DNA from: Nitrososphaerales archaeon | GTDB taxonomy: Archaea; Thermoproteota; Nitrososphaeria; Nitrososphaerales; UBA213 | DNA: 64,000 nucleotides | NCBI GenBank assembly: GCA_965197925.1 | Contig: CBDAOC010000019.1 | Span: forward strand, 256,001 to 320,000 | Direction of reading: 5' to 3' | Program-made: the position numbers and the translations under genes | Notes under the pieces: model-generated | What the model was told of the DNA's origin: nothing | What the model saw: only the letters and a program-made list of their open reading frames with translations | Databases searched by the model: none | Shown: positions 1-10,872 of the stretch, piece after piece | Position numbering within the stretch: the first letter of the stretch is position 1 | Layout: every line of letters starts with the position of its first letter

Positions 1-1016
1 ATAATTTTTCCATCAATCATTCTCTGATGACCCTCAGCCACTCTGCTGAATGGTAATACTTCGTCGATCAAAGGTTTAATTTTTCCATTACCTACCCAGT
101 TAAAAAGTTGGCTCAACTCTGCCTTGGTACCTTGGGTGGAACCCAAAAGGTTGGTGCCCTTAAAGAACAGATATCTTAGGTCCAGAGTAGAATCATAACC
201 AGTCGTGGCTCCAGTAGCAACAAGCGTACCTCCCATTTTCAATAATGACACTTCTTGGGGAAATGCTGCCTTGCCAATATGTTCAAAGATAACGTCTACT
301 CCTTGCTTTTTGGTAATTTCTCTAACTTTCTTCCACCACTCTGCTTCCCTATGGTTGATCACATGATCAGCCCCAAGCTTAAGACAAGCGTCCATTTTTT
401 CCTTACTTCCAGCCGCGGCAATAACTTCGCAATTATACAGCTTGGAAATTTGAATCCCTGCCATACCAACTCCACTAGTTCCTCCCATGATCAACACTGT
501 CTGACCGGGTTTGATTTTCGCTCTTCCTACGAGCATATGCCATGCCGTCATTCCAACCATGGAAATTGCCGCTGCATCATTGAAGGATATATTATCTGCA
601 ATCTTTAGCACATTCACTTCAGGAAGTTTGCAGTGTTCTCCAAATGCACCATCTAATGGTCCCGTTTGGAAACCCCATACGAGTCTCCGTTGGCAATCAA
701 ACTCCCTACCAGAAGTACATGCTTCACAAACTCTGCAAGATAAATTTGAGTGAGAAACTACCTTGTCTCCAACCTTTATAGTTGCTACATCTTCACCTAC
801 TTCTGTTACAGTTCCGGCAGCATCGCTGCCTGAAATGTGCGGCATGGGAACTTTGATGGGGTCACCCCAGATTGCCCAAAGATCATTGTAGTTATATGAT
901 GCTGCCTCGACTTTGATCAAAACTTCGTTTTGTTTTACCTTCGGAGAATCCACATCCTCGATCTTAATTGCCTTTGCAGGTTCTTTGTTATACTCTCGGA
1001 ATACCGATGCCTTCAT
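1..1016 (-). CDS. Zn-binding (MDR family) alcohol dehydrogenase/reductase; 3' end runs off the window
   Basis: Hand translation from ATG 1016: MKASVFREYNKEP...YNYNDLWAIWG...PHISGSDAAG, CRVCEACTSG Zn cluster, GGTSGVGMAG nucleotide-binding motif; not in the ORF track because there is no stop in the window. Confidence 0.88.
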   Translation of the reverse strand, partial: MKASVFREYNKEPAKAIKIEDVDSPKVKQNEVLIKVEAASYNYNDLWAIWGDPIKVPMPHISGSDAAGTVTEVGEDVATIKVGDKVVSHSNLSCRVCEACTSGREFDCQRRLVWGFQTGPLDGAFGEHCKLPEVNVLKIADNISFNDAAAISMVGMTAWHMLVGRAKIKPGQTVLIMGGTSGVGMAGIQISKLYNCEVIAAAGSKEKMDACLKLGADHVINHREAEWWKKVREITKKQGVDVIFEHIGKAAFPQEVSLLKMGGTLVATGATTGYDSTLDLRYLFFKGTNLLGSTQGTKAELSQLFNWVGNGKIKPLIDEVLPFSRVAEGHQRMIDGKI

Positions 1017-1360
1017 TGTAATTTAACGCCTTTATGAGAATTAATATACTTTATGTGTCTTGAGGGTTTAAAATAGATTCTAATGGACTTAGGTACATCC
1101 TAATTTGGTTTTCAATAAGTTCTCAGCACAACCTTTCAGCGACTTTATACGGTATACAATAGGGACTTCCTAAGGATTAGACAAAATGAGGCATCCCATT
1201 CTTCTATCATTTTAATGGAACCAGAAAGATATCGTGAAAAAGTCCTTCGAAGTTATGAATTACGATTATGGTATACCTGAAGGAATAATATTGCTGTTAG
1301 TGCTAATAATTGGTATTAAATCCTAGAACGGCTTGGTAAAAACCACTATTTTCCATTGAT

Positions 1361-2287
1361 TTAAACCCCTTTTTTTGGGGAACTGGTCTTGTTCAAAACA
1401 AAATTTTCCAAGCCTCTGAGCCACGTGATAAGAGCGTCTTTGTGTTCTCTAGGTCCCCCTAAATAAAAATTCGAATAATAATATCCGTCGTCTTCTAGGT
1501 TAGTTGTATCAACACCCCTCTCCTTTAATAATGAAATAATATCAGTCTGTTCTTGATTATCGGCAAAATGTCTCTGTCTAAACGAGGGAATTTCGCTCTT
1601 TATCAACACAAAACCGTTTTTTTCGAAAACCTTTTGAATTTCATCTACTGGATAAATTCTTAGAACAGAAAAGGCGAATAGTGGTTTTGGTATTATTCCA
1701 GAAGAACTTTTAGATTCATTTTGATCTTGTTCCGATTTGGTTCGATGATTAATGGCTTCAAATAGTTTCATAAATGATTTGTGTCCAATATAGCCGACAC
1801 AACCAGTAGCAATTATCATATCCACCACTCCTAACTGACGAGAAGCGTTTGATGAAACCTCATCTTGTTCTAGATTGATGCAAAAAGTCTGTGTACATAG
1901 TTCCATATCATTTGCAAATCGAAGGGCTTGGGAAGATGTGTCAATAAGAGAGAATTTGAATTGGGGGTTTACTTTTGGGAGATTCTTAAAAAAATTCACC
2001 GTCTGCTCATTCGTAGGTGTATTATTACCATTCAGAAAGAAATTATCAAGTTCAGACATCGTTATGTCATAAATCAAAAGGGAGGAATTGATTCCATAAG
2101 AACTTCCAATATCAAGAATCTCAATTGGCCTGCTAAGATCTTTGTAAAGTGTATTGGCCAAGTATTGATAAAAGGATTTTGTTATATTTGCAATTCTATA
2201 TTCTAACCTTCGCATTTCTTTGAGATATGGAACAGGAGAATCTTGTGCATAAATTTCAGAAAAATCTTTCTTGATTTTAGATTTCAT
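1361..2287 (-). CDS. Class I SAM-dependent methyltransferase-like protein
   Basis: Motif I ILDIGSSYG; later DMIIATGCVGY; intact 308-aa ORF. Confidence 0.65.
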   Translation of the reverse strand: MKSKIKKDFSEIYAQDSPVPYLKEMRRLEYRIANITKSFYQYLANTLYKDLSRPIEILDIGSSYGINSSLLIYDITMSELDNFFLNGNNTPTNEQTVNFFKNLPKVNPQFKFSLIDTSSQALRFANDMELCTQTFCINLEQDEVSSNASRQLGVVDMIIATGCVGYIGHKSFMKLFEAINHRTKSEQDQNESKSSSGIIPKPLFAFSVLRIYPVDEIQKVFEKNGFVLIKSEIPSFRQRHFADNQEQTDIISLLKERGVDTTNLEDDGYYYSNFYLGGPREHKDALITWLRGLENFVLNKTSSPKKGV

Positions 2288-2415
2288 CTTATACTTCTTG
2301 ATTTTTATTAGTATTTATATTATTAACTCATTACACATAAAATAATCCCTATTGTAGAGAGTATAAAATATAAGTGGTGTCTCTCATAAAGAGGCCTCAA
2401 TATATTAGTGGCTAT

Positions 2416-3925
2416 CTAAGAATTAATTTCAGTTCTTTCTGACCATCGTCCTATAGTATGTAAAATATTTTCAGCATTGGAAAATAATTTAGAAAATATA
2501 ATATGATAATAACACTCTTCACTTGACCGAAGTAAAACCGATTGTTTCTGCCGATATGTTTCCGCTTCATCTCGTTTTATTATTTTTGCAATCGTCTCAG
2601 ATACTAAATTAACGGTTCCGCTACCCTCATCAAATTGCTCTTTCTCTCTCCAAATTATCTCTTCAGGTAATAAATCCTCAAAGGCTTTACGTAAGATCCA
2701 TTTTTCAGTGGGGGGATATCCAAATAACTTCCATTTTGGTGGAATGCTCTGTGCCAATTCAATCATTTTAATATCCAGAAATGGTACACGTCCCTCTATT
2801 GAGTGAGCCATAGTCATTCGGTCAAGTCGTTGCAAATTAATATTATGAAGAGAATTTACCGAGCGCCGAAGTTCTATGTGAAGATCCGTTTCATCCGTTA
2901 TATCCTTATAATAAGTATAGCCACCAAAAAGTTCGTCAGTACCTTTTCCTGTCAATATGACCTTAACAAATTCAGAAGCCAATTTTGAAATAAAGTAACA
3001 AGGAATTGCACTACGAACAAGATCTTGATCAAATGATTCAAGATGGAAAATAATTTCTGGAAGTTTTTCAATGATATCTTCTGCTGTAATTATATACTCA
3101 TGATGTACTGAACCCAAGTATTCAGCAGTCTTTCGTGCACATTCAATATCGCTACTCCTTTCTCTTCCTACAGCAAAAGTATGCAATAAATTCATATGTT
3201 TTCGAACAACAGTCGCTATCAGACTACCGTCAAATCCCTCAGACAGAAAGGCTCCTAATGGCACATCGCTCATTAGACGCTTTACAACAGAATTTTCAAA
3301 GGTCTTTCTTAGGTTCCTGATATGTTCTTGGTAAGGGATATCCTGAGGCTTCAATTCAAGTACTTTATAAAATGATTTGAAACCAATATCGGAATGGTAC
3401 CAGGTACCCGGTGGAAACTCTCGCACGCCATCTTTCAAGCTGCTCATACTTTTTAATTCTGAAGAAAAGTAGAATGTACCATTTTCATCAATCTTGTAAT
3501 AAATGGGTTTTATGCCGATGTAATCACGGGCCACAAAGATAGAATTACCATCAGCAATGCAAAAGGCAAACATTCCATCCAGATAATTTACTACCTCAAC
3601 TCTATGTTCTTCATATAAATGAAGAATAGTCTCACTATCATTCTTGGTGGAAAAGATATGTCTTTTTGAAAGTTCTCTATGCAGTTTTGGAAAATTGTAA
3701 ATTTCACCGTTCGCAATGATTGCTTTTGTATTGTCTTCATTATAGATAGGATGATTTCCTTGCTCAAGATCCATAATCGAAAGACGGCGATGCTCCAGAG
3801 CTCTTTTATTCGAAGTATGAACACCGCTTGCATCCGGTCCCTTATGAGACAATCCCCCCCCCCCCCATCATGGTTTCAAGTAAAATATCATCTCTTGAAC
3901 CCCAGATGCCACAAATTCCACACAT
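2416..3925 (-). pseudogene. asnB: Asparagine synthase (glutamine-hydrolysing) family amidotransferase, frameshifted
   Basis: True N-terminus MCGICGIWG at ATG 3925 is out of frame across a C13 run (3854-3866); NGEIYNF, RDYIGIKP and EGRVPFLD motifs; degenerate LSEGFDGS and LTGKGTDE in place of LSGGLDSS and LxGEGADE. Confidence 0.8.
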
Positions 3926-4098
3926 ATTTTTTTGGCTTCTTAAGGATTAATACTGCAATTTCATATTAAAGTTTATTCAAATCTTTAGTGAAACAGTTGT
4001 GTGATTAATTTTATATAAAACAAGTATTCTCCTGAACTTATTTTATATACGCCGATTCTTGAGTTAATTTGATATAAAATACAATAATCCAAATTAAT

Positions 4099-5188
4099 TG
4101 AGGCTTGGGCATAATTTAGTTCGAAACGATAAGATCAGGTTTCAATTTTCATTGGTAATGTGTTTAGCTCAGACTCGATACTTCTTCGTATATTATTTTT
4201 GATTGACGTGATTCCTCGGACAAAACCTAATAGGAAAAGGGTAGACCATTCTACTATTCTCCTACAGTAATGATGAGATGCTTCATCGTTAGAGTATGGG
4301 TAAGAATACCAAGCAACAATGCTTTGCATGAATACTTTTCGATAGACATGCCATACAACAGGAAGGTAATGAAGGCATGTGGTCTTGATAGGTTGCCAGA
4401 CAGAAGGACGTTTGATAGAAGGTTCAAGACCATATCAATTGACATAAGATCAAGGATAGATGTTATGGGTGTGCTCTTCATAAAAGATGGGTTGGTAGAC
4501 TCATCCATTGTATCCGTTGACAGTTCATTGTTGAAAGCAAAGGGACATGTATGGCATAGATCAAACATGAAGAATGAAGTACCACGTTCAGGTATAGATA
4601 CAGATGCTCGATGGGGCTACAGCAGAACTAAGGGACGGGTATTCGGATACAAACTGCATCTAGCATCTAGTACAGGTTCATTGATAGTTCCATTATCAGC
4701 TGATTTCACAACAGCTAACATTACTGATAACAAGATGTATGAAAGCATAACATCTTCATTGCCTTTAGGAATGGTGAGGTATGTTGTAGGAGATGAAGGA
4801 TATGATGATCACAAGTTATGTGATTTCAGCAGGTATAGAGGGCATCCAGTATTCCCATTGGAAAGGTATAGGCATACTACAGATAATAATAGACTGGCAT
4901 TGCTGCAGTTCTATCAATCTGAATTTGGACAGCATGTATATTCTCGGAGGAGCATAAGCGTTGAGCCATTGATAGAGCATATGAAGGATGTATTTACCAT
5001 AGATCTATTGCTAGTTAGAGGATTTGATAAGGTAAAGAGTATAGTGTTGTTATCAGTATTGTTGTATCAGGTAATGGTTTACTACAACCATCTAACAGGA
5101 AGGCCTCTTAGGGCATTGAAGTATATGTTGGGAAGCTAATAGTAATAATTTCAAAATAATATTATAATTGAATTATGCCCAAGTCTCA
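4099..5188 (+). mobile_element. IS copy 1 (~1.09 kb, DDE transposase, IS4/IS5/IS982-like)
   Basis: TIRs TGAGGCTTGGGCATAATT / AATTATGCCCAAGTCTCA; flanking direct repeat ATTAAT; transposase with VDSS, GYKLH, GDEGYD, RRxxVE. Confidence 0.92.
4270..5139 (+). CDS. DDE transposase (its N-terminal ~35 codons from GTG 4160 are out of frame by a 1-nt deletion)
   Basis: 289-aa ORF with DDE motifs; comparison with copy 4 shows a missing G in AGGAAAAGGG. Confidence 0.85.
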   Translation: MMRCFIVRVWVRIPSNNALHEYFSIDMPYNRKVMKACGLDRLPDRRTFDRRFKTISIDIRSRIDVMGVLFIKDGLVDSSIVSVDSSLLKAKGHVWHRSNMKNEVPRSGIDTDARWGYSRTKGRVFGYKLHLASSTGSLIVPLSADFTTANITDNKMYESITSSLPLGMVRYVVGDEGYDDHKLCDFSRYRGHPVFPLERYRHTTDNNRLALLQFYQSEFGQHVYSRRSISVEPLIEHMKDVFTIDLLLVRGFDKVKSIVLLSVLLYQVMVYYNHLTGRPLRALKYMLGS

Positions 5189-5560
5189 ATTAATTATTAA
5201 ACACAAATCTGAAATGCTTTTTATGCGAATGATTTCAAAAAGTGTGAATTAAACAATTGGTTATACCAAGAATCTACGGATTAAAGTACCATTGATTGGA
5301 AAAAAGTACACATCTCTTGTCTGTTCAGGTTTTTTTTGATAACACCCCTCATATTCTGCGAAATTATCTTCCCTTTTCTATTACCTAATAATACCGATGA
5401 AAAATATTGAGGAATGAGGGTTAACTAGCACTCCGATTGGGCTATTTCGTTCTCCGCAGTGTTTTATTATTTAAGTCCTACGAACCTGAATGTAAAATGA
5501 TTTATGCTCGCGGTTTGTAACAATGATAATATTTAAATCAATTTTCAAAGTAAGGTCTCT

Positions 5561-5737
5561 GTGGCGGGCAAGTTCTACATACTAGGAATAGTAGCTGGAG
5601 TGATACTGATATCAATAGGCACGATTTCGATTTTTGTATCACAAGATGAATATGTGTTTATCAGGGGTATGATGGTTATCATAACTGGCATGATTGTCTT
5701 AGCGATGGGTATAAGGTTCAAGTCACTCGGACAGTAA
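5561..5737 (+). CDS. Small two-TM membrane protein (58 aa)
   Basis: Hand translation from GTG: VAGKFYILGIVAGVILISIG...IVLAMGIRFKSLGQ*; TATA-like TTTAAA about 25 nt upstream. Confidence 0.55.
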   Translation: MAGKFYILGIVAGVILISIGTISIFVSQDEYVFIRGMMVIITGMIVLAMGIRFKSLGQ

Positions 5738-6022
5738 TCATTTGTAATTGATCTTAAATTCTCGTTTTGGTTGTTGTAAAGATGAAAGTATTTGTTTCAG
5801 ATCTTCATCGGTAACCTCTTTCTTTAATCTTCCCTGTGAGCCCATTGTTAAGAGGTAATCTTCAACTGTTTTAGCAACATCTGGTTTCACGACTCTGACG
5901 TTTGAAAGACGATCCCTTGCACCGGGTGTAAGCAAGACACGCAAGGCACGATCGCGCATCACTCTATCTTCTGATTCTCTTTTCTTGTCTTCTTCTGGAA
6001 GGTCTTGTCCCACTCTAATCAC
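5738..6022 (-). CDS. PDCD5/TFAR19-family dsDNA-binding protein
   Basis: LLTPGARDRLSNVRVVKPDVAKTVE...VTDEDLKQIL; directly follows S19e. Confidence 0.92.
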   Translation of the reverse strand: MIRVGQDLPEEDKKRESEDRVMRDRALRVLLTPGARDRLSNVRVVKPDVAKTVEDYLLTMGSQGRLKKEVTDEDLKQILSSLQQPKREFKINYK

Positions 6023-6478
6023 CTAACCATACCTTTTCAATTCAGGCAATACTTCTATCAACTCCAAGTATATTTGCTTGCTTAGACCATCCATCATCTT
6101 CATCCCCTCACTGGTCAGCATCCTGCCCTTGCTGTCAGCCTTGGCAACGTAACCTGACTGTTCCAGCTGTTGTAATGCCTTTCTTATTGCAGAGCCTCCA
6201 GCATCTCTGTGGTGTGCTGCAGCATAACCTATCCTCCTTCGCCCACCGTAGGCAGACTTTAAATCTGTCAATCCTATAGGTCCATGAAAATAGACCTTTC
6301 GTAAAAGAGAAGCACACCTCACATACCACCATTCAGAGTTCAGTGGGATCCTCTCTGTATGGGCGCCAGTCTTCCCAAAATGTGACCATGCGGGGGGTTC
6401 TATGTTTGAGTCCTCCTTTAGCATATTTGCAAGTTTTTTTATTAGAATATCTGCAGGAACGTCATATACCTTTACCAT
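6023..6478 (-). CDS. rps19e: 30S ribosomal protein S19e
   Basis: VYDVPAD...WWYVRCASLLRKVY...YGGR...GSAIRKALQQLE. Confidence 0.97.
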   Translation of the reverse strand: MVKVYDVPADILIKKLANMLKEDSNIEPPAWSHFGKTGAHTERIPLNSEWWYVRCASLLRKVYFHGPIGLTDLKSAYGGRRRIGYAAAHHRDAGGSAIRKALQQLEQSGYVAKADSKGRMLTSEGMKMMDGLSKQIYLELIEVLPELKRYG

Positions 6479-7264
6479 GATGAAACATCTCTTTCAATCC
6501 CTTATAAATGCTATTCAGCACTTCCAAGGTTCGCATTAAGCAAATATAGAATAAGTGGGAGAAAACCCCTATTTGTTTCCGATACTCCAGGTATTCTTAT
6601 GGCGAGTTTGTTGTATTCAGGCTGCATAAGCGGGTATTTTTACTATTTCTCTTTAGCATCATAGTAATTGCCATTACTGCAGTATCAATCGGTGTATCCT
6701 TCGACGAACCATTATTTTAGCTGAGTGAATTGTTTTCACAAAGAGTGTAATGGTTTTCAATTACGTAGTAATAAAGGCTCAAAATATTGCCCTAATGTTA
6801 ATTTTATCTCATTAAAGCATGGTGTCCAAGAAAACGAAATAAAGAAGATCAATATCATGAATTACTATATGTAATAGGGGATTTAGTTAAGAAAAATAAT
6901 CTAATTCTTTGAAAAGAGGATTTGCAGAATTGGTGATATGTGGAAGAAGAGATAATTGATTGTCAACTAATGATAACGCTGATAAATTACGCCAATGAAA
7001 TCATCTACGCCAGAATTACCAAACTTATGAGTTATATAGCAGGTGTTAATTTATATTCACAAAGTTTTTGTTTTTTCCAATAAAAGTGAGAATATTGTTA
7101 TTTTTTAAGACCTACAAACCCACCTTATAATCTCCATTTGATGTCGCTAGATCTATTCTTATTCATAGAACCTAGTCGACAAGTAATGATAACGATCATC
7201 CATACCCCAACTATTGGTGGATTTTCTTTTAATACATGACCTGTGTTAGTAAACTTAAATAAAT

Positions 7265-7522
7265 ATGAATAATAAGAGCCCCTGGAGAGAGCTTACACCT
7301 GAAGAAAGGCTCAAAAGGTTTGAAGGACTAGATCTTCCAAAAGATGTTAAATTGAATAACAAAGCAGATACGATGGAGCTTGTAGTTCCGCTAGATATAA
7401 TTCAAGAGATTCTTGGAAAAATGATCCAGCGTTGTTATATTACGTTCAATATCGAAATCTCTCATAAGAATGGTAATGCTGTTATTGGGACTATGATGCC
7501 AAATGACCGTGTTATAGGCTGA
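7265..7522 (+). CDS. Hypothetical protein
   Basis: 85-aa ATG ORF with protein-like composition; no recognised motif. Confidence 0.5.
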   Translation: MNNKSPWRELTPEERLKRFEGLDLPKDVKLNNKADTMELVVPLDIIQEILGKMIQRCYITFNIEISHKNGNAVIGTMMPNDRVIG

Positions 7523-7787
7523 AGCTGGATAGCAAGAGACTGTTTATGATATAATGGATGTAAAGATTTCAATTCTTCCAGACCGTTGCATACATTTAGA
7601 AACAGTCACTAGACTCCCAGATAGAGGAGAAATTTATCTTAAAAGATTCTAGCATACATATTGTTAATAAATATCCTACAATACGTCAGTATAATAAATC
7701 AAATCGGACTATGCATTATTTCTTAACTCACAAATTGATGTAATTCAGAATTCCTATCAAACTTTAATTTATGATTTTTTAAATTAA

Positions 7788-7870
7788 ATGTCTCCAATCT
7801 GGAGTAACTATAACATGTCTATTGTAAAGAGAGGGGAAACGCTACTTTCTAACTATATTGGTTTTGACGG
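7788..7870 (+). pseudogene. Possible N-terminal remnant of an IS5-family transposase
   Basis: WSNYNMSIVKRGETLL resembles the NWxxYNxxLVxRGE start of archaeal IS5 transposases. Confidence 0.4.
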
Positions 7871-8723
7871 CAATTCTTGTATTTTATTTTGTAAACCATT
7901 TCAAATGACATCTAATATTACGCCATGCTGGAGTAAGGTTGCAATGTTTTTGGGTTTTTGTGTGAATGGATTTAATAGACTAATACGCTTTTAACTGGAT
8001 GACAAAAAGTATTAATCGGTATTGAACTCGGTTTAAAAAAGGCGGTAAGCCATGGTGGCTGCTTGGCTCTACACGATTTAGAAACTCTTTTTAGCTTGAA
8101 AGTATTGGTCATCTAGACATTTAGAGATTTATAAATCACAAAATTTATTGGATTAAAAAATCAAATGATATATAGTTAATCACGACGTTATTTTTCTCCA
8201 TACAATTGTTTAACATTATGCAAAAGATGTGTAGGGTGTTGGAACGTCCTGCATTTATGGATTTATTCTTAGGGAGTACACAGCATGTAAAATCATTTCA
8301 AGCGCAATATGATGTGAGATACGGCTTCTTCGAACGGCAGTTTGCATCTTCACCGATTCATGAACCCATAACAGAGAACAGGAGTGGTAATGAAACCGAT
8401 TCACAATACCCTCTGAATTCTTACCATTTCCCTGAACGGGAAGTCGAAGAGGTAAATGGGAGATATTTTAATACTGAATACGAGCCGTTTTAATGATTTA
8501 ATTGGATTATCTTTTTTTGTATGAAGCACAGATATTGGAAAACATAATGTAAATGGATTGAAGATTATGTTGAATCTCGAGTCGAAATCAAATATTCCTT
8601 AGACTTTAAATGCGATTCAACAATGTCATGCAGCTGACTTTAAGGAATATGATAAAAGTTATTTGGAGTGACTACTAACGTTATCTAAATTATGCAGGGT
8701 TAGGGTTAGATATCGATGAATAA

Positions 8724-9284
8724 CTAATCTGTGACAATAAGCTTGAACATTCCCGGTGTTATCTCTTTAACTAATCCCTTTTGTATTGCTACCGCAAGGA
8801 AAGTTTCTACAAGCGTACCTTTTAGATTTCTGAACTGATTCTTTATTTCTGATTCGCTACAGCCTATTTCGGGTGTAAGTAATTGTTTGACATGTGATAA
8901 CATATCCTGAAATAGTTCTTCAGGAAGATCACTTTTTGAATTATTCTTTAATTCGACGGTTTCTTTAGCTTTTTCAGGTTTAATATTTTTAGACTTTAAG
9001 GGAGTTGCAGATTTCCTATTTTTCTCTCTCTGTATTGAGCCTACATTGGTATGCTCTGATCCTATCCTTCTGGATACAATAGCAAGTATTTCAAGTGCAT
9101 TTAACCTCTCATTGCGGGAAAGACCTTTAGCGGCTATATCCGCAAGATCATCATATACGGAGTCGTTCAAATGGCCCAAGAGGTCAATAGCACGCAGTCT
9201 TTCGGTACTAGTGTTTTCTGTCGAAAGAGCAATCTCCTTTAGTTTGACCGGCCAATTCTTTGAATTTTGGTTATCTCTTCCCAC
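8724..9284 (-). CDS. Hypothetical protein; HEAT-like helical N-terminus, Lys-rich linker, winged-helix-like C-terminus
   Basis: Repeated ERLxAIDLL / ERLNALEIL helices; C-terminal ...AIQKGLVKEITPGMFKLI. Confidence 0.55.
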   Translation of the reverse strand: MGRDNQNSKNWPVKLKEIALSTENTSTERLRAIDLLGHLNDSVYDDLADIAAKGLSRNERLNALEILAIVSRRIGSEHTNVGSIQREKNRKSATPLKSKNIKPEKAKETVELKNNSKSDLPEELFQDMLSHVKQLLTPEIGCSESEIKNQFRNLKGTLVETFLAVAIQKGLVKEITPGMFKLIVTD

Positions 9285-9310
9285 AGCAATAAATGATAAG
9301 TTATTAATTA

Positions 9311-9643
9311 TTAATGTTCCTCTGGATGTATTACAGGGCTATTCTGCTTTATTATTTTTCTGTAAATATGATTACAAGCCAAACATGTTATTCTTACGGC
9401 CTTGACATTTGACCTCCCAACTCTTACTCTCATGGTTTTACCTGGGACGTTGAATTTTTTACACCTTTTACAATAAAGCTGCCGAAATTCATATGGCAAC
9501 CGGACCCTATATTTGGTACTTATTTTCTTAGCAAGTTTGGCCTGCTTCTCTGCAAGTAATGGATCTGTCCTAGCAGTCACTAAGGCAATGTTTACAAGTA
9601 TCTCTATTCTTTGCAATGCCAGATCCTTAAACGATTTTTTCAA
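9311..9643 (-). CDS. rnp4: RNase P protein component 4 (Rpp21/Rpr2)
   Basis: LALQRIEIL...YCKRCK...RVRV...TCLACNHIYR zinc ribbon. Confidence 0.93.
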   Translation of the reverse strand: MKKSFKDLALQRIEILVNIALVTARTDPLLAEKQAKLAKKISTKYRVRLPYEFRQLYCKRCKKFNVPGKTMRVRVGRSNVKAVRITCLACNHIYRKIIKQNSPVIHPEEH

Positions 9644-10052
9644 TGTGTACGGTATTGATAATGGGTCGGATAAAAAGTAATTTGAAAATTTATCCTCCTC
9701 TTACGAGCAAGAATATGCTAAACTAGGACAATAAATTTATGCAATAATTTTCCATATAATATTTTGAATTATGATAATGCTTTCTCCTTAGTGTGACCCA
9801 GATGTTTCATTTATTTTAGCATTGTATTTATTTGGTATATAATCTTGGTGTGAATAAGTATTCTTTGTAATTATTTTAATATCTTAGTCTTAAAATCACA
9901 TTTACCAGAAATAAAGTTTTGTGGTATCCTATTTACATCACAGAAATTTTCTAGCCGACGTATAGTTTCCCTAGTTGTAGACAAGGTCTTAGGTATGGGG
10001 ACAACAGTTAGGTTTTAGGTTAATATTAGCTTATAAAAAAGAGTAACAAACG

Positions 10053-10748
10053 ATGGTCAGAACAGGCATTACAATCGCAATTGTTTTGGGAATTGCTGGT
10101 ACTATTACTATCTTAGGTTTGTTTGCTATAGTTTCTCAAGAAACCACTGTATCAAGAAACGATAATGGTAAAACAGAGATCGGGTCCCAAGAATTGCTAT
10201 TAGAATGTAATGAGCTTGGTATACCTGAGATTGAATGTACGGAACAGAGTATACTGGAAAAAATTGAGTTGCTATTAGAATGTAATGAGCTTGGTATACC
10301 TGAGATTGAATGTACGGAACAGAGTATACTGGAAAAAAAGAATGTGCAGGATCGTAAAGAATCAGAATATGAATTGCAGGAAATAACCATTGACGGCATT
10401 CCGTTGACTGTAGAGATTGCAGACGATCGAGAAAAGATTACACGAGGGTTAATGTTCAGGGATGAATTACCTGAGAATCAGGGAATGCTTTTCACATTTG
10501 AAGAAGAACGTAAATATCAGTTTTGGATGATGAATATGAAAATCAACCTTGACATAATATGGTTAGACGGGAATGGAAAGGTAGTGTACATAGCTGAAGA
10601 TGCCCAACCTTGTATAGATGAAGCGCATACATCACTATGCACATACAGACCAGATACCCCAGCTAAATATGTTTTGGAAGTAAATTCGGGATTTGTAGAG
10701 AAGAACGGGATAAATGAGAACTCTGTTATGAAAATAATATCCCGATGA
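10053..10748 (+). CDS. Membrane-anchored DUF192 family protein with an internal 25-aa duplication
   Basis: VEIAD...RGLMFR...GMLFTF...FWMMNM...LDIIWLD...YVLEVNSG. Confidence 0.9.
   Translation: MVRTGITIAIVLGIAGTITILGLFAIVSQETTVSRNDNGKTEIGSQELLLECNELGIPEIECTEQSILEKIELLLECNELGIPEIECTEQSILEKKNVQDRKESEYELQEITIDGIPLTVEIADDREKITRGLMFRDELPENQGMLFTFEEERKYQFWMMNMKINLDIIWLDGNGKVVYIAEDAQPCIDEAHTSLCTYRPDTPAKYVLEVNSGFVEKNGINENSVMKIISR
10194..10338 (+). repeat. 75-bp in-frame tandem duplication
   Basis: ttgctattagaatgtaatgagcttggtatacc... starts at both 10194 and 10269. Confidence 0.95.
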
Positions 10749-10872
10749 CGTGTTTTCCTTTATCATAGTTTTATCAAAATCATTGCCGTTCATTTCAAAG
10801 AGTGTAGCAAGAATTCTCATATATATTCCATAATTTGATACACTTATAATTAAAGGAACTTGCTGAAAATCT

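Noticed and set aside
4230..4245. Programmed frameshift in the IS transposase
   Set aside because: Copies 3 and 4 carry the extra G at this site and copy 4 reads through in frame, so it is a deletion rather than recoding
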